Assembly: GCA_002633005.1 (NCBI GenBank)
Contig: NMRA01000382.1
Coordinates: 252,307-316,306 of the forward strand
DNA: 64,000 nt
Direction: 5' to 3'
DNA from: Phoronis australis
Lineage: Eukaryota > Animalia > Phoronida
The translations under genes and the position numbers were made by a program. The notes below the pieces were generated by a model. The model made no database searches, was not told the DNA's origin, and worked only from the letters and a program-made list of their open reading frames with translations. Positions within the stretch are counted from its first letter, which is position 1. Each line of letters begins with the position of its first letter. Positions 12,601 to 24,600 of the stretch are shown here, piece after piece.

Positions 12601-15600
12601 GAATCACTCAGAAACTCGCAATACTCTCTTTGTCAAACCTTATCTTAAGACGATTTCCAAAGCAATCCCGTCATTATTGCCAACACGAAAAACGGATTTG
12701 GTCTTTCGGGCATTTGAAGACTATTTTAAATACGACAAATTTGTTAAGAATTGATGGCACAAGACATAAAACATATAGCATTACGAAAAGAAGTAGGTTT
12801 CGCGCGCAAACGCTGTGGACCATAAACAAGTAGGTCTGTTAGTTTGAAGTTTGTAGTTAAATCGTGGTGGTGTAGCGGTAACGCACGCGCTCTCTAAGCG
12901 ACAGGTCTTTGGTACGTTCAGTTTTTCCTGTTTGACACGTTCTCCGTGTTTTNNNNNNNNNNNNNNNNNNNNNNNNNNNNNAATCAAGGAAAATGCTTGA
13001 TTTTTAGAAGTAAAAACAGAAAAATTTCCTGGGCGGGAGGGGGGCAAACTCCCGACCTCACCCCATTCGGTGCTTGTGCATCTACAATCGTGGTTCAGTT
13101 TGCACAAAGGCTTACAGCCGGACAAAAAGTTGGGCCCCCCTTGTGATATCCATTTCCGCCACTGTATGTAACCGCGTCTTGTTGGTCAATTTTTGGAAAG
13201 AAGCAAAGTACAATGGTAGCAAAAGAATGGTTTCAATATGGTGACATTTAATGTAAACATTCTTTGACGGGGGAAATGTAAAAACGTGGTTACAATTTTC
13301 TAACTCATCATTTCGTTTTCATTTCATGTAAATCTTGAGTTTTTGATCTTGAAATTCGTAAGTCTTAATTTGTGGACCCCCACGCAAAAAATGGTAAATA
13401 TTAAAGCAGTTCATAACAGTGTCTTGGACACGGGTGCACCTGAATGTATCATACAATGTATGAATCCGAATAGTCATTCCTGAGATCTGGTGTTCCAAAT
13501 TTAACCGAATTTTGACATTCATTTTTAAGGTTCTACATGAGTACATGACCTTAATAAGCGTACCGTACCATACTCACTAGCCATGTTGCGCAAAGAACCT
13601 AAATCAGATTTGTTTCACTAGCTACCGGCGTTCATCGTCTCTTTGTAATTGATTCAAAAGTTCCGTCATTTCGCCGTCACAACGATCACTTTTAAATTAT
13701 CGCCGTCATCATAGATTTGTTTATTTTCTAATACTCATCTATACAGTGTATTGACTTAGAGACTCGGGTGTTCATCTGTGACTGTTTGTACCATTTACGC
13801 TCCTGTCATTGTTTTCATTGTCATCGTCATCATACTCATCGTCAACGTTTTCATCTCCTGCATTGATATCACCAGGCCATCACCATTATCATCATCATTG
13901 CCACCACCGTTATCACCAGCATCATCACCACCACAATCAACATGGCAGTCGTAATGCATGTAGTCGTAAATATTGTCACATTGTCATTGTTGTCGCCACC
14001 ACCATCATGGTCATTAACATCATAAAACAAATATTTGCTGGAGTTTGGACTCAAATGGATATTTCTGGGCAACAATTAAAATACACTTAGTATTATTGCT
14101 CTTTGTTACAAATACTGCAGTTAGTGTACATTTATATGTCACCGTTACAGTTGTATTTATCCTGACTGTGTAGCTTACTGAATGTGATTTAAACTGGTGC
14201 AGTTACATGTACGTAATTATGAGAGATAATTCACGTTCCCGTGCATTTGTACATTTTGCGTTTCAGTGACAAGAAAGGTTGCTTCGCGGAACAGTTCAAT
14301 CAAATAGATGGCGCTGCTTCACTTGGCATTGAGAAGAACTCAGACTTGTTCTTCGACCCATCTGAGTTCAAAGCGAACAAACAAATGAGAATGACAGCCG
14401 AAGCCAAACGAATACTCACGAAACGACCCGAAGATCGAACAGAAGCAGAAATAAATTATGTACGTACATATGTATTTACTGTCCTGAAAACGTTCACACC
14501 TACGTCATGAGATTTTTCTATTGAAACTGGTGCTAAGAAAATATATGTACATGTAATTCCTAGTGTTGTTACGTTATCTCTGCAGGCGATGATAGCGTTA
14601 AGGGGAAACAAGCTTATAGCTGACTACCCCGTGAGGTTTCAAAGAAAGTTGGCACAAAACGGCTCATTCGAATGGTAAGTCTTTTAGACAAAGTTTCTAC
14701 CAGTAATGTCCCTGTGCACACAAATAGGAATTTTGCCTAGCAGACTATATGAGGCTAATGGGATCAACAAACGGAAAGACAATCGGTTTTCTGAAATGGT
14801 GGAGGCCAGTTCCGGATAAGAGTTTCTCGGGACCCCTCAGCTTACAAAACTCTAAGGCTCCAGTACTTTTAGCTGCCCTCAGTCATCACAATCAATTTTC
14901 GGTCGTTACCATATTCAGCTCTCCCTGATCTCAGCAAAAAGAGCTCTCCTTGTCGCCACATTTTCCGAGCTACCGCCCTGCCAGAGCTATCTTGTCCCTT
15001 CTCCTTTCGACATTGTTTTCGCTCTTCATCCGGTGTCGACACAACTTTAAATGGGAGCTTGTGACAACGAGGCGGCGGCGCATGCACCTAATTTGTGAGG
15101 AGCCCTAGGCGGTCGGTTTTCATCGTGCGTGTGCACGCCACCTGCCATCATCAGATGCTATCAAAAACACCAGGCAAAACTAATTGCACTATTCGGGGAA
15201 ATGGAAGTTTCTGTTTCATGTGAGTCGGAACATGGAGATACAAATTCATGTAGGCCCACCGCCCAACGCATACATGAAGCTAGCTTTCCACAAACGCACA
15301 TGTAACATTGCGCGTCACAGTAAAACATTTCGATTATAGCACGTGATAATGCACTGTACGTGAAAAGAATCTCACGTTGACACCCTAACCGGTGGACCGG
15401 ATTGCACACCTCTGAATCTGCCGGTTTAGATCAAAGACACCATGCTGTTGTGGTTAATCAAATCGCGTCAGACCACTGACGTTATAACAATTCTTTACAT
15501 AATGAGACAATAGAATATTCAAATTTTCATTTTGAAAGTTTCTAAATTGCATACTCAAGTAGTTCATGAAAGGTACACATTGTCGGACTTTTGGATTTTG

Positions 15601-18600
15601 AATGTGACTTTCACCGCCTACAAACGTTTGTTTATCGTTCCAATAATATGGTCCTCCTGACTTCTGCTGGATATGCAACATAATTGGGCCAGTTACCAAG
15701 ACACCAGGCAGCAGTTGGATTTTGACGTTATTCAAGTGTCATTGTACAATTCTTGGCATGAAGAGACATCATATGTATACATGAGCACTTTCGTCTTCAT
15801 CAACGTTCTGCCAATAATTTGATTCCAGTTACGATTCGACGCGGGTGATAGTGAGACAAGGCCACCCGCCTCAAGCCTTCTACTTCATCATGTATGGTAC
15901 GGTGATAGTGGCAGTTCTTCAACAGAATGAGGAGCAGGCCGTCACAGCGTGCTACCTGTCGAGAGGGGACAGTTTCGGGGNTGAAACAGGTGCTAAGAAA
16001 ATATATGTACATGTAATTCCTAGTATTGTTACGTTATCTCTGCAGGCGATGATAGCGTTAAGGGGAAACAAGCTTATAGCTGACTACCCCGTGAGGTTTC
16101 AAAGAAAGTTGGCACAAAACGGCTCATTCGAATGGTAAGTCTTTTAGACAAAGTTTCTGCCAGTAATGTCCCTGTGTACACAAATAGGAATATTGCCTAG
16201 CATACTAGCTAATGGGATCAACAAACGGAAAGACAATCGGTTGTCTGAAATGGTGGAAGCCAGTACCGGATAAGAGTTTCTCGGGACCCCTCAGCATACA
16301 AAACTCCAAGGCTCCAGTACTTTTAGCTGCCCTCAGTCATCACAATCAATTTTCGGTCGTTACCATATTCAGCTCTCCCTGATCTCAGCAAAAAGAGCTC
16401 TCCTGGTAGCCACATTTTCCGGGCTACCGACCCGCCAAAGCTATTTTGTCCCTTCTCCTTTTGACATTGTTTTCGCTCTTCACCCGGTGTCGACACAACT
16501 TTATATGGGAGCTTGTGACAACGAGGCGGCGGTGCATGCACCTAATTTGTGTTGAGCCCTAGGCGGTCAGTTTTCATCGTGCGTCTGCACGCCACCTGCC
16601 ATCATGAGATGCTATCAAACACACCAGGCAAAACTAATTGCACTATTCGGGGAAATGGAAGTTTCCGTTTCATGTGAGTCGGAACATGGAGATACAAATT
16701 CATGTAGGCCCACCGCCCAACGCATACATGAAGCTAGCTTTCCACAAACGCACATCTAACATTGCGCGTGCCAGTAAAACATTTCAATTATAGCACGCGA
16801 TAATGCACTGTACTTGAAAAGAATCTAACGTTGACACCCTAACCGATGGACCGGATTGCACACCTCTGAATCTGCCGGTTTAGATCAAAGACACCATGCT
16901 GCTGTGGTTAATCAAATCGCGTCAGACCACTGACGTTATGACAATTCTTTACATAATGAGACAATAGAATATTCAAATTTTCATTTTGAAAGTTTCTAAA
17001 TTGCATATTCAAGTAGTTCATGAAAGGTACATATTGTCGGACTTTTGGATTTTGAATGTGACTTTCACCGCCTACAAACGTTTGTTTATCGTTCCAATAA
17101 TATGTTCCGCCTGACTTCTGCTGGGTATGCAACATAATTGGGCCAGTTACCAAGACACCAGGCAGCAGTTGGATTTTGAGGTTATTCAAGTGTCATTGTA
17201 CAATTCTTGGCATGAAGAGACATCATATGTATACATGAGCACTTTCGTCTTCATCAACTTTCTGCCAATAATTTGATTCCAGTTACGATTCGACGCGGGT
17301 GATAGTGAGACAAGGCCACCCGCCTCAAGCCTTCTACTTCATCATGTATGGTACGGTGATAGTGGCAGTTCTTCAACAGAATGAGGAGCAGGCCGTCACA
17401 GCGTGCTACCTGTCGAGAGGGGACAGTTTCGGGGTAATGCCTTCTTTAAATGGTGTCATTTTGACAGAAAATGAAATAATAGTGACGAAACAAATGAGTT
17501 TATTTTTACGGCTCTTGTGTTGCCCGAACTCATCTGTAGAGATGGAGTGTGTCACAAATTTCTCGTCTAGTCAATGGAAATTTTAATTCCCTGTAATAAA
17601 CTTTAAAAGAGTGAAGAAATAAGGCTCATCCACTTCATTGGCTATCAAATCCAGTTTCCCGACTCTGTAATGGACACGGAGTGCAAAATTTGCTGATAGC
17701 GTGAGTTACATGTATAGCGACCCTCATGTACATGCAGTCCTACTATCAATGTAAACTCATTGGCTGACACGTACATGTACATGTACATGTATGTACTATG
17801 TAAAATCTTCCTTTCAGGAGCTTGCAATAAGAAACAACGAGACACGTGCGTCGACGGTCATCACGAAAAACTACGTTGAAATGCTCAGTATATCGGCTCA
17901 GGTGAGTTCAGTCTCACCTCCCTTATCCACGTTCTTATGAACTTCACTTCTGATAAAGTTATTATACGTAATTTAATGTGTCAATCTTCAAGCGCTGATT
18001 AAATTATAGCAAAGCCTCCTAGACTCACACGATTTTTTTGATTTTTTCGAATCTATGGTCCAGAGTGTTATACATGCTCAATATCTGGCTCGTAGTTACA
18101 CATTCTTCTTGAAAGCGGATAATTTAATATATTTAGGCTGTGTCTTGAATATCTGCTTGAGATTCATCATCATGAATTATAACAAAAATAATTGAAATTT
18201 TAACTCAAATATGTTCAGACTTTGGGAAACGACGAATTAAATACCTGCGCGTATCAGCGAATATGCAACAAAGAAGTCAGTTCTTTCAATATTGCATTGT
18301 TTCAGACCTACCAGAAGGTGTTTATGGTTGGTGGTTCTAAAAATATCAACGACCCGGATCACAACGAATTCATATCGTAAGTATGATTTACCTGGATGAC
18401 TGGAGTGACTAACAGTGTAAAATTTACAATTTCCATAAGTTTGGTGGTTTGAATTTTGTTGATCTGACGAAATGAGGTCAATCCGTATTATCTTGACTTC
18501 ATGTCATTTTACACTATGTTGGCAAATGTGACGTGTGGGAAATAAATGTTTATTGTGTTGGCTTTGTAAGCATGTGTAAGAGCGAGTTTGCCTAACAGCC

Positions 18601-21600
18601 TCTAGCCATCAAACTTGCCGCCTGGTGAATTGACAATTTGAGTCTTCGTACATTGACCTCTGATGCCGTAGTTGAGTCTTGTCACTACATACGTGTATAC
18701 AACTACCTGTCTCTCACTCCCTCTAGCAATCCTCCCCCTTTCGATTGACAATCATTTCCCTCGGCATGTCTGAAAAATGGGTGTCAATCAATCTCGAACT
18801 ACAACGTTTTGCTAAGTCAATGTGCTCGTTTCGTTTCAGGAGTATCGAGTTCTTGCGCGGATGGCCCATCAGCCTGCTAGAGAACAACCCAAAGAAATTT
18901 GTTTTCACATATTTCAAGTAAGTTGAACCCTCACACTCCATAATCAAGTGTCAGTCACTAAGCACCAAGAATCGCTTCAACAAGCAGAGAAATCACGCCA
19001 CACCGTTAAATGTTCCTGAGCCTGGATTCCGTTTCAGTACAGAATATATCGGTGGCGTTCATTATACGATGTCTCGTATCGAGAAAGCTGGAAAGAGTTC
19101 AGTAACGCTTGGACCTATATGTATGCTATGACCTCGCTAAAGAGCAAGACTTCACGAGATTGCGTGCGATATTGTCGTGTACTTTAAATGAGAACACGTG
19201 TTTTTTGCCGAATATTTCTAATCGCGCGACAGCTACTGAACTCTACCCTGGTCTGTCACTATACAGTGTACATTGTATACATGTTGGTGGTGAGAACCTC
19301 TCGTCCACGATTAAGGCCAGTGGAACTGCCAAACAACATATCGCGGAAATTGGACGACATTTCATGAGTCCACTCAAAAATAGTTCGGCAAAGGGAAGTT
19401 TGCAAGGAAGGGATGCAAAAGAAAATAGCAAAACTCGTTGCTTGATGTTGTTTTTGATGCCCGATATCACAAGGTCTGATCATACCGCATCAGTTACATG
19501 CGGCGATACCATGACTGGATCTGAAAAAGATAGTGGGCTTGAAACGAATGGTGCTCGGGCTGCATCTTTGAACGCTATCCGTCACTTGGCAGTCGGTTGT
19601 TGGCAAACCTGTTTGGTATCCCTGAAATATTAGGAATAGGAAAGGCTTCAGTGTGTATTCGTTGTGACTAGTTGCGAAAAGCATTGTTCGGGTTTTGGTA
19701 ACCTTTGACAATCAGGCGATGTACATACATGTATACACGGTGTAGAAAAGCTTTCAGTTGACACCCTTCACGAAAATGTCATGCCTTTTTCAAGATTCAT
19801 TTCGTGATTAGGCACACTTGGACAGAAAACATGTGTGGACACTTAGGTCAGTCTAATCCATATTCCAGAGAAGCGACAGTACGGGGTGCGCAACTGTTCA
19901 AATTAAATAAGCGAATTTTAGAGAATTGGTGATCAGTGAAAGTCATCTAGCCTGATATTTAGTAGCACATACATGTAGACAAGTAACCACCATTATGTAG
20001 TCTCCAAATAGATAACTACTAAGAGCTAATCAACTGTTAAAAGGGGACTGTAGTCAAAATAATGTTGCAGTTAATCGGTTCTAACATACAAATAAAACTC
20101 ACATTTGCCTGACTTGCGTGCCAAACAAAAGCCAATTCGAATTCATGGTCAAAACACTGAATTCTGAAAGCGATCGCTGATTGGCTAATGTGTCAGTGAC
20201 GTGAACGGCGGGGTCTCGGCTGCTTTACACATTCATTGCTTATGTCATATTTGAAGAGTTTACATCGTAATTTATCATTGTATCAATCGTCCATATTTTT
20301 TATTGTTTGCCACAATGCTGTAAAAGGTTCGCTATGCCTTTTTGTATGGCACCTGGTTGCTCAAACTCTTCGAAAAAGGCGTCTTCTAAAGGGATGGTCA
20401 TCGCATACCATCGCCGGGTTACCCAAGCCTTAGCCCAAAGCTCAGTGTAGATATAGGCCTACAGGTTTAAGCCGATATGGATAAAAAATGTACAAATAAA
20501 ATCTGACTCAAATAAATGTCATTAAAACTAAGTCATCCTTGAGTAAACCTAGGAAACAGGTTCCTAGAGTAAACTAACTTCTGTATTTACCGGTGTTGGA
20601 AATGTCAGCGATCGTTCATCGGCTGGTGCTAGTAAAATTGTGATGTGTTTTCTTGAGTCGGCTTTTTGCGATTACGTCACCTGACCTTTACCAGTTTCTT
20701 TTCCGACTGATTCTTTTATCATGTGTTCGTCGCTGACGGTACCTAGGTTGCGTACATGTTATAACAAATTATCGGAGCTTGTTTAGCTTTATATGTTGAT
20801 GTAGCCTAAGTTTTACGACGAGGTGACGAGTATAACTGAGTCAACTATATCCGGGTAGTCAACGGCTGTCTGAAATTTCCGGGTTAACGGAGCTCAACAC
20901 ACAGTGGTACGATAGTCTTCATACAGGTACAGTCGGTAACTTACCAACCCTTCAAGTTTACAGAGCTGCCGGAGTATTGGCTGACAACTGGCTGACTGGA
21001 TGGCTAGAGTCCACATTGCCCTCGGCACAGTCACTGACACCAGTTGCACCGGCAAATTTTCGTCTGACGATGACGATGACTAGGTATCACTTTGTGTTGC
21101 CTCGGCTCAAACAGGTATCCCTTGTGACCCGAAATTTCACACTAAAATTTCTTATTCCGACAATATAAAAAACGATACTTGATTGCACGCTAACACAGGA
21201 CAGTGACTTTGCCCCCGCCAATACGTCACGAGACTAAGCAGCGCTCCAAGCTGGTAATTTTTTGAGCTTCGCTAGAGATTATAAGTTTAATTTTTGGTGT
21301 TGAATTATTTGTGAAATTAATCAACAATTCATAGAAAACTATCCAGAATTTATTCAGAATAAAATACAGTTCCCTTTTAAGCAGGCAGATTCTTGTGTTG
21401 AATGTTGCTGGCAAATATATCTAGGGGGAAACCTTCACCATAGGAGATTATCTGTGCAAAACATCTAAAACCATCCCACTAGGTATCCGGCAGCTGCCAA
21501 CATTTGCAGAGTGGTAAATAGACCTCGTGTGGTATTTTAAAAGCAATTGATGTTAAATTCCGTGAATTTGAAGTGGAAATACTCCCACGTGTACTGCAAG

Positions 21601-24600
21601 AATTCTGAAAGTTCGACACGTGCTATCCAAAAGAGGTCGCTGCGATAGGTCGTCTCATCTGTTAACAACTGGACACAACGTTATTGACTGAACACGTCAA
21701 TCGATTTTGTCAGTGTTATTTTTGTGTAGCTGTTATTAGATCAGTTTCATTAATTGCTAATTTCAATATTTATTAATCTTTTGTTTCAGGAGAGGTGCCG
21801 TGATGGTAAAAGACAGCAATTATTCTGATTGGATTTATATCGTGAAGTCCGTAAGTAGATGTGCATTAACATCGTATTACGTTTCTACCCGTGGTGAGCG
21901 TCTTTGACCATAGCAACAAGTAAAACAATGATTATACCGACTTACACGTGCCCAACTCTGTTGCTAGCAAAACATGTGATGTGGTCTTAATTCCATGAGC
22001 TCATTGGAAACCGATTGAACGGGAGATTAAGCACTAACATATATGAATCTATAGAAAAGATCCGTCAACTGAACTGCCATTGGTCGCGTTATCTTCTTTG
22101 CTTACGATGAAAGAAAGAAAAGTCTGAAAATAAAGAGACCCCGGACAGCAAATTTCGTCGTGAATTTTACCCTTATTTACAGAAAAAAGAACTGTAGTTC
22201 AGGGCCCCGTTCCACGAAACTGGTTAAGTTCATTTTTGACTTAAGTATAAGATTTGTCCCAAGTTTCAAGCTTTGAAACTTCCGCATCCGCTAAGTTAGT
22301 CAGAATTAAGACAAAATTTAACTAAAAGTAAGATCTCCTTCTTGAAACGAACTTTGAGACAAATTTAACTTTTATCTTGAAACTAGCTGAAATTTAAGAC
22401 TGTCCTTAGCTAAGTCAGTTTTCTTGCAACGCCGAGGCCCCGTGCTTATTGTATTACAGATGCCTTCATTTTGCAGGGAAGCGTGCAAGTGTTGAAAAAG
22501 CTGATACGAACAATGCCAAAAATTGACTCATTTACGGGTAAAACCATCAACAGGCCACCGCTTACTTCAAAAGACGGATACGTTGCGTTCATGAGTGACA
22601 AATATGAGGATTTTCGAGGCGCGGAAGACGGGAAAGACGCTGTGGAAAAAGCCATCGAGTCTATCCGCCGTGAGAACACAGCGCTGAAGTCCAGTTCCCG
22701 GAAGTCCAAGAAACCCCGACCGAATTCCGACGGTAGCCGGACTCGTCCGAACACTGGCGAAGACTACAGGAGAGTCAAAAGTGCCGGCAAGACCAGTCGC
22801 GATAGTACAATGGGAAAGGTGACATTTTCAGAATCTACAAAGGACCCTGCTGAAGACATTACCAAGGTTGTGTCCAGTGTGACAAATGCCAAACGTGTTG
22901 CCAAGGTATGTAACACTACTTTTACTGATACAAGTCAGTATAATTTTAGAAACAGCTCATTTGTAAACTCTGAGCAATAACAAAAATATCAATTATGTTG
23001 CATTATGGACCCAGTTTTCGTATGGCCTGTTTTGAAACACACCTATTGGAATAGTTAAAATGTTAAATATTCGAAAATGACAACCCCTTTGTATTTTGTC
23101 TGCTTCAATGTTTAAACCACTTAACTTTGGAGTGGGAATATGTCAATCCCAGTATGTTTAAACAGGCAAATCCTTTTACGAAGGTTATAACACGTTGCAT
23201 TATACTTAATTTAGTCACAATAATTCTTTCTAAAATCTGACGGACCACCATTTTCTTTTCATTAGGCCGACGAGGTAAGAGTGTGAAGTTTGTGTTCAGT
23301 TCAATAACAACACTCTTATATTTTAGCGGACCATTTTTGAACCCGTTTTGTTGAGATGGTTTGATGGTTGTTTCCAGGTGTATATGTTTACCTTTTAATG
23401 CAGTGTGCGATTCTTACATCTTGGCGGGCAGTACAAACGAAAGGCATTAGTTTTTACGGATGGCGTAAACCAAAAGAGCATATGCGAATCATCCAGTGCA
23501 ACAATTGACGTAGGCGATCGTCTGCTCGATAAGTTGGACAACACCAACTTAAAAACAACACTTTCTGTAGACAACTTAGCGTTGTGAAATTGGTTTCATA
23601 CGTTGCGTAGTCAATTTGGAGAGGATTGTGAGAGTTTCGAAGGAACTGGCTGTTCGTTATTGTTTGACACAAGGTTTTTCAACTTAGCTCGTCGTGGTGT
23701 GTCATTTCATGCGCGGAGCATGGGCTCAAAGAATAACCTCACTCGTTCCCTGCGTGCCGCTAGGTGGTAGCCAGCGCGCAGGTATTATTTGTTTTTTCTC
23801 GAGACTTTTTTTACCCCAGCGTTTCTGATTGGCTGGTCGAATTCTCATCAGGTAGCGCTTTGCGCAAACAAACTTGCACGGCTGAAGGAGTGTAAATGTG
23901 GTCTAATGTACAGACAGATCGGTGCTTTTCATGTTCAAAAAATATGAATTCCAGTAAATTGTGGTTGCGCCTTTTCACAGTGCTTCATTCTATTGTCGCT
24001 GAGTTTTGTTTACGATACCATCCTGTATTCATATACAGCAGGGGCGGATCCAGGATTTTGAGTTAGGGGGGCAGGGCACAGAATAACCAGAATTTCGGCA
24101 GATGCGCGAGCTCAGGCTAAATTGTGGGGACGCAGAGTCCTCGGAAGCGGACCTGTTGACTAAAAAAAACGGTAAACGGGGTTTGTTCAGTTTGTTCAGG
24201 GCCTTTGCGTTGTTTATTCTCCCCCGACGAGCCCCTGCTTGCGCGCACCCGAACTCCCAAATGGTATCTGGTAGAATTTTAAGGGGGGCCATGGCCCCCT
24301 GCCCCCCCCCCCCTAAATCCGCCACTGTACAGTATGCATAACACAGGTTAAATCGGATAGATGCGTGTTTATTGGACACGTATTACTGTATGTGCATCAA
24401 GCACGCGGCTATTAAACGTTACTGCAGAAACGAAATGGTTGCTGCTACGCCACATGCTTGACAATGCTAAAATCGCTCATAGTCCGCCATTTTCTCACTT
24501 TGATGTAAAGCTAACCAAGGACTGCCGAGGCAACATTAACCAGTGATAGAGTGCGTGCTAATGAATGGTACCTGCGTGTGATCTCTACACGCAGGGAACC

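Larger units (their letters stand above)
14522..17434. repeat. About 1.46-kb direct duplication (14522-15980 and 15982-17434) around a single N; probable haplotype false duplication
   Basis: Copies abut N15981; exons identical, intron shows scattered substitutions and small indels. Confidence 0.9.

Noticed and set aside
13809-14090. His-rich 93-aa ORF
   Set aside because: Produced by a (CAT/CAC)n tract inside an intron; no splice support.
19109-19633. 174-aa + strand ORF as an extra CNBD2 exon or separate gene
   Set aside because: Non-ATG start, 5' part is a dispersed repeat, and exons 8 and 9 already join in frame.
22446-22754. 102-aa minus-strand ORF
   Set aside because: Antisense shadow of CNBD2-like exon 10.
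23404-23587. Protein-like 60-aa ORF after a cag acceptor in the CNB-B insert intron
   Set aside because: Its open frame needs phase 2 whereas upstream exons end in phase 0; no convincing donor.
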